Shown here: piece after piece, positions 60,043-64,000 of the stretch
How the letters are laid out: each line of letters begins with the position of its first letter
Numbering within the stretch: position 1 is the stretch's first letter
DNA from: Escherichia coli
GTDB lineage: Bacteria > Pseudomonadota > Gammaproteobacteria > Enterobacterales > Enterobacteriaceae
DNA length: 64,000 nucleotides
Reading direction: 5' to 3' (one strand)
Assembly: GCF_024298765.1 (NCBI RefSeq)
Contig: NZ_CP101210.1
Notes under the pieces: model-generated
Told to the model about the DNA's origin: nothing
The model's input: only the letters and a program-made list of their open reading frames with translations
Database searches by the model: none
Position numbers and translations under genes: made by a program

Positions 60043-61776
60043 GTGAAACAACAGATACAACTTCGTCGCCGAGAAGTCGATGAAACGGCCGACTTGCCCG
60101 CTGAATTGCCTCCCTTGCTGCGCCGTTTATATGCCAGCCGGGGTGTGCGTAGCGCGCAGGAACTGGAACGCAGTGTTAAAGGCATGCTGCCCTGGCAGCA
60201 ACTGAGCGGCGTCGAAAAGGCCGTTGAGATCCTTTACAACGCTTTTCGCGAAGGAACGCGGATTATTGTGGTCGGTGATTTCGACGCCGACGGTGCGACC
60301 AGCACGGCTCTAAGCGTGCTGGCGATGCGCTCGCTTGGTTGCAGCAATATCGACTACCTGGTTCCAAACCGTTTCGAAGACGGTTACGGCTTAAGTCCGG
60401 AAGTAGTCGATCAGGCTCATGCCCGTGGCGCGCAGTTAATTGTCACGGTGGATAACGGTATTTCCTCCCATGCGGGGGTTGAACACGCTCGTTCGTTGGG
60501 CATTCCGGTTATTGTTACCGATCACCATTTGCCAGGCGACACATTACCCGCAGCGGAAGCGATCATTAACCCTAACTTGCGCGACTGTAATTTCCCGTCG
60601 AAATCACTGGCAGGCGTGGGTGTGGCGTTTTATCTGATGCTGGCGCTGCGCACCTTTTTGCGCGATCAGGGCTGGTTTGATGAGCGCGGTATTGCAATCC
60701 CTAATCTGGCGGAGCTGCTGGATCTGGTGGCGCTGGGGACGGTGGCGGATGTAGTGCCACTGGACGCCAATAACCGCATTCTGACCTGGCAGGGGATGAG
60801 TCGCATCCGTGCCGGAAAGTGCCGTCCGGGGATTAAAGCGCTGCTGGAAGTGGCCAATCGCGATCCACAAAAACTCGCCGCCAGCGATTTAGGTTTTGCG
60901 CTGGGGCCACGTCTCAATGCTGCCGGGCGACTGGACGATATGTCCGTTGGCGTGGCGCTGTTGCTGTGCGACAACATCGGCGAAGCGCGCGTGCTGGCAA
61001 ATGAACTCGATGCGCTAAACCAGACGCGAAAAGAGATCGAACAGGGAATGCAAGTTGAAGCCCTGACCTTGTGCGAGAAACTGGAGCGCAGCCGCGACAC
61101 ACTACCCGGCGGGCTGGCAATGTATCACCCCGAATGGCATCAGGGCGTTGTCGGTATTCTGGCTTCGCGCATCAAAGAGCGTTTTCATCGTCCGGTTATC
61201 GCCTTTGCGCCAGCTGGTGATGGTACGCTGAAAGGTTCCGGTCGCTCCATTCAGGGGCTGCATATGCGTGATGCGCTGGAGCGATTAGACACACTCTACC
61301 CCGGCATGATGCTCAAGTTTGGCGGTCATGCGATGGCGGCGGGTTTGTCGCTGGAAGAGGATAAATTCGAACTCTTTCAACAACGGTTTGGCGAACTGGT
61401 TACGGAGTGGTTGGACCCTTCGCTATTGCAAGGCGAAGTGGTGTCGGACGGTCCGTTAAGTCCGGCCGAAATGACCATGGAAGTGGCGCAGCTGTTGCGC
61501 GATGCTGGCCCGTGGGGGCAGATGTTCCCGGAGCCGCTGTTTGATGGTCATTTTCGTCTGCTGCAACAGCGGCTGGTGGGCGAACGTCATTTGAAAGTCA
61601 TGGTCGAACCGGTCGGCGGCGGTCCACTGCTGGACGGGATTGCTTTTAATGTCGATACCGCCCTCTGGCCGGATAACGGCGTGCGCGAAGTGCAACTGGC
61701 TTACAGGCTCGATATCAACGAGTTTCGCGGCAACCGCAGCCTGCAAATTATCATCGACAATATCTGGCCAATTTAG
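60043..61776 (+). CDS. recJ: ssDNA-specific 5'-3' exonuclease RecJ (577 aa)
   Basis: ORF 60043..61776; DHH motifs (GDFDADG, DHH). Confidence 0.9.
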   Translation: MKQQIQLRRREVDETADLPAELPPLLRRLYASRGVRSAQELERSVKGMLPWQQLSGVEKAVEILYNAFREGTRIIVVGDFDADGATSTALSVLAMRSLGCSNIDYLVPNRFEDGYGLSPEVVDQAHARGAQLIVTVDNGISSHAGVEHARSLGIPVIVTDHHLPGDTLPAAEAIINPNLRDCNFPSKSLAGVGVAFYLMLALRTFLRDQGWFDERGIAIPNLAELLDLVALGTVADVVPLDANNRILTWQGMSRIRAGKCRPGIKALLEVANRDPQKLAASDLGFALGPRLNAAGRLDDMSVGVALLLCDNIGEARVLANELDALNQTRKEIEQGMQVEALTLCEKLERSRDTLPGGLAMYHPEWHQGVVGILASRIKERFHRPVIAFAPAGDGTLKGSGRSIQGLHMRDALERLDTLYPGMMLKFGGHAMAAGLSLEEDKFELFQQRFGELVTEWLDPSLLQGEVVSDGPLSPAEMTMEVAQLLRDAGPWGQMFPEPLFDGHFRLLQQRLVGERHLKVMVEPVGGGPLLDGIAFNVDTALWPDNGVREVQLAYRLDINEFRGNRSLQIIIDNIWPI

Positions 61777-61866
61777 CGTCATCTTCTCTATAAAAAAGAG
61801 CGTGGATTGGGTACAATCCCGCTCTTATCACCGCATTTTGACTAGCTCAATAAAAGAAATCAGACC

Positions 61867-62965
61867 ATGTTTGAAATTAATCCGGTAAATAATCGCATTC
61901 AGGACCTCACGGAACGCTCCGACGTTCTTAGGGGGTATCTTTGACTACGACGCCAAGAAAGAGCGTCTGGAAGAAGTAAACGCCGAGCTGGAACAGCCGG
62001 ATGTCTGGAACGAACCCGAACGCGCACAGGCGCTGGGTAAAGAGCGTTCCTCCCTCGAAGCCGTTGTCGACACCCTCGACCAAATGAAACAGGGGCTGGA
62101 AGATGTTTCTGGTCTGCTGGAACTGGCTGTAGAAGCTGACGACGAAGAAACCTTTAACGAAGCCGTTGCTGAACTCGACGCTCTGGAAGAAAAACTGGCG
62201 CAGCTTGAGTTCCGCCGTATGTTCTCTGGCGAATATGACAGCGCCGACTGCTACCTCGATATTCAGGCGGGGTCTGGCGGTACGGAAGCACAGGACTGGG
62301 CGAGCATGCTTGAGCGTATGTATCTGCGCTGGGCAGAATCGCGTGGTTTCAAAACTGAAATCATCGAAGAGTCGGAAGGTGAAGTGGCGGGTATTAAATC
62401 CGTAACGATCAAAATCTCCGGCGATTACGCTTATGGCTGGCTGCGTACAGAAACCGGCGTTCACCGCCTGGTGCGTAAGAGCCCGTTTGACTCCGGCGGT
62501 CGTCGCCACACGTCGTTCAGCTCCGCGTTTGTTTACCCGGAAGTTGATGATGATATCGATATCGAAATCAATCCGGCGGATCTGCGCATCGACGTTTATC
62601 GCGCATCTGGCGCGGGCGGTCAGCACGTTAACCGTACCGAATCTGCGGTGCGTATTACTCACATCCCAACCGGGATCGTGACCCAATGCCAGAACGACCG
62701 TTCCCAGCACAAGAACAAAGACCAGGCCATGAAGCAGATGAAAGCGAAGCTTTATGAACTGGAGATGCAGAAGAAAAATGCCGAGAAACAGGCGATGGAA
62801 GATAATAAATCCGACATCGGCTGGGGCAGCCAGATTCGTTCTTATGTCCTTGATGACTCCCGCATTAAAGATCTGCGTACCGGGGTAGAAACCCGCAACA
62901 CGCAGGCCGTGCTGGACGGCAGCCTGGATCAATTTATCGAAGCAAGTTTGAAAGCAGGGTTATGA
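61867..62965 (+). CDS. prfB: Peptide chain release factor 2 PrfB; requires programmed +1 frameshift, join(61867..61941, 61943..62965)
   Basis: Frame 0 reads [25 protein letters not shown] then an in-frame TGA at 61942..61944 within cttagggggtatctttgac; the +1 frame continues [12 protein letters not shown]... to 62965, and contains the GGQ motif. ORF track only reports the 3' part from 62084. Confidence 0.9.
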
Positions 62966-62974
62966 GGAACCAAC

Positions 62975-64000
62975 ATGTCTGAACAACACGCACAGGGCGC
63001 TGACGCGGTAGTCGATCTTAACAATGAACTGAAAACGCGTCGTGAGAAGCTGGCGAACCTGCGCGAGCAGGGGATTGCCTTCCCGAACGATTTCCGTCGC
63101 GATCATACCTCTGACCAATTGCACGCAGAATTCGACGGTAAAGAGAACGAAGAACTGGAAGCGCTGAACATCGAAGTCGCCGTTGCTGGCCGCATGATGA
63201 CCCGCCGTATTATGGGTAAAGCGTCTTTCGTTACCCTGCAGGATGTGGGTGGCCGCATTCAGCTGTACGTTGCCCGTGACGATCTGCCGGAAGGCGTTTA
63301 CAACGAGCAGTTCAAAAAATGGGACCTCGGCGATATCCTCGGCGCGAAAGGTAAACTGTTCAAAACCAAAACTGGCGAACTGTCTATCCACTGTACCGAG
63401 CTGCGTCTGCTGACCAAAGCACTGCGTCCGCTGCCGGATAAATTCCACGGCTTGCAGGACCAGGAAGCGCGCTATCGTCAGCGTTATCTGGATCTCATCT
63501 CTAACGATGAATCCCGCAACACCTTTAAAGTGCGCTCGCAGATCCTCTCTGGTATTCGCCAGTTCATGGTGAACCGCGGCTTTATGGAAGTTGAAACGCC
63601 GATGATGCAGGTGATCCCTGGCGGTGCCGCTGCGCGTCCGTTTATCACTCACCATAACGCGCTGGATCTCGACATGTACCTGCGTATCGCGCCGGAACTG
63701 TACCTCAAGCGTCTGGTGGTCGGTGGCTTCGAGCGTGTATTCGAAATCAACCGTAACTTCCGTAACGAAGGTATTTCCGTACGTCATAACCCAGAGTTCA
63801 CCATGATGGAACTCTATATGGCTTACGCAGATTACAAAGATCTGATCGAGCTGACCGAATCGCTGTTCCGTACTCTGGCACAGGATATTCTCGGTAAGAC
63901 GGAAGTGACCTACGGCGACGTGACGCTGGACTTCGGTAAACCGTTCGAAAAACTGACCATGCGTGAAGCGATCAAGAAATATCGCCCGGAAACCGACATG
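62975..64000 (+). CDS. lysS: Lysyl-tRNA synthetase LysS, N-terminal part; gene runs off the right edge of the window
   Basis: ATG at 62975 followed by [33 protein letters not shown], in frame to position 64000. Confidence 0.9.

Noticed and set aside
61928-63787. 334-aa and 275-aa ORFs antisense to prfB and lysS
   Set aside because: Shadow ORFs opposite highly expressed translation-factor genes.

Overview
This 64 kb window reads as core Escherichia coli-type chromosome, colinear with (and inverted relative to) the K-12 interval from hemW/rdgB through metK, speA-speB, tktA, the cmt/ygg cluster, epd-pgk-fbaA, mscS, the sbm (scpA-argK-scpB-scpC) operon, serA, ssrS-ygfA, ubiH-ubiI, gcvTHP, bglA and xerD-dsbC-recJ to prfB/lysS. 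Gene identities rest on reading the six-frame translations against my recollection of the E. coli proteins; no search was run. Most ORF-track starts are upstream over-extensions and were trimmed to the start giving the known protein length. No CRISPR array, tRNA, rRNA, IS element or phage integrase was seen. The best candidates for something new are two apparently strain-specific single-gene insertions: a putative outer-membrane lipoprotein between speA and speB, and a singleton SPFH/band-7 protein with an internal 33-bp tandem repeat between tktA and cmtB. ygfF also appears to be absent between gcvP and bglA. All three rest on my memory of K-12 synteny and need a database comparison. Known small features that ORF callers usually miss are present: 6S RNA (ssrS), the ibsC/sibC type I toxin-antitoxin pair, yqgB, and the prfB programmed +1 frameshift.
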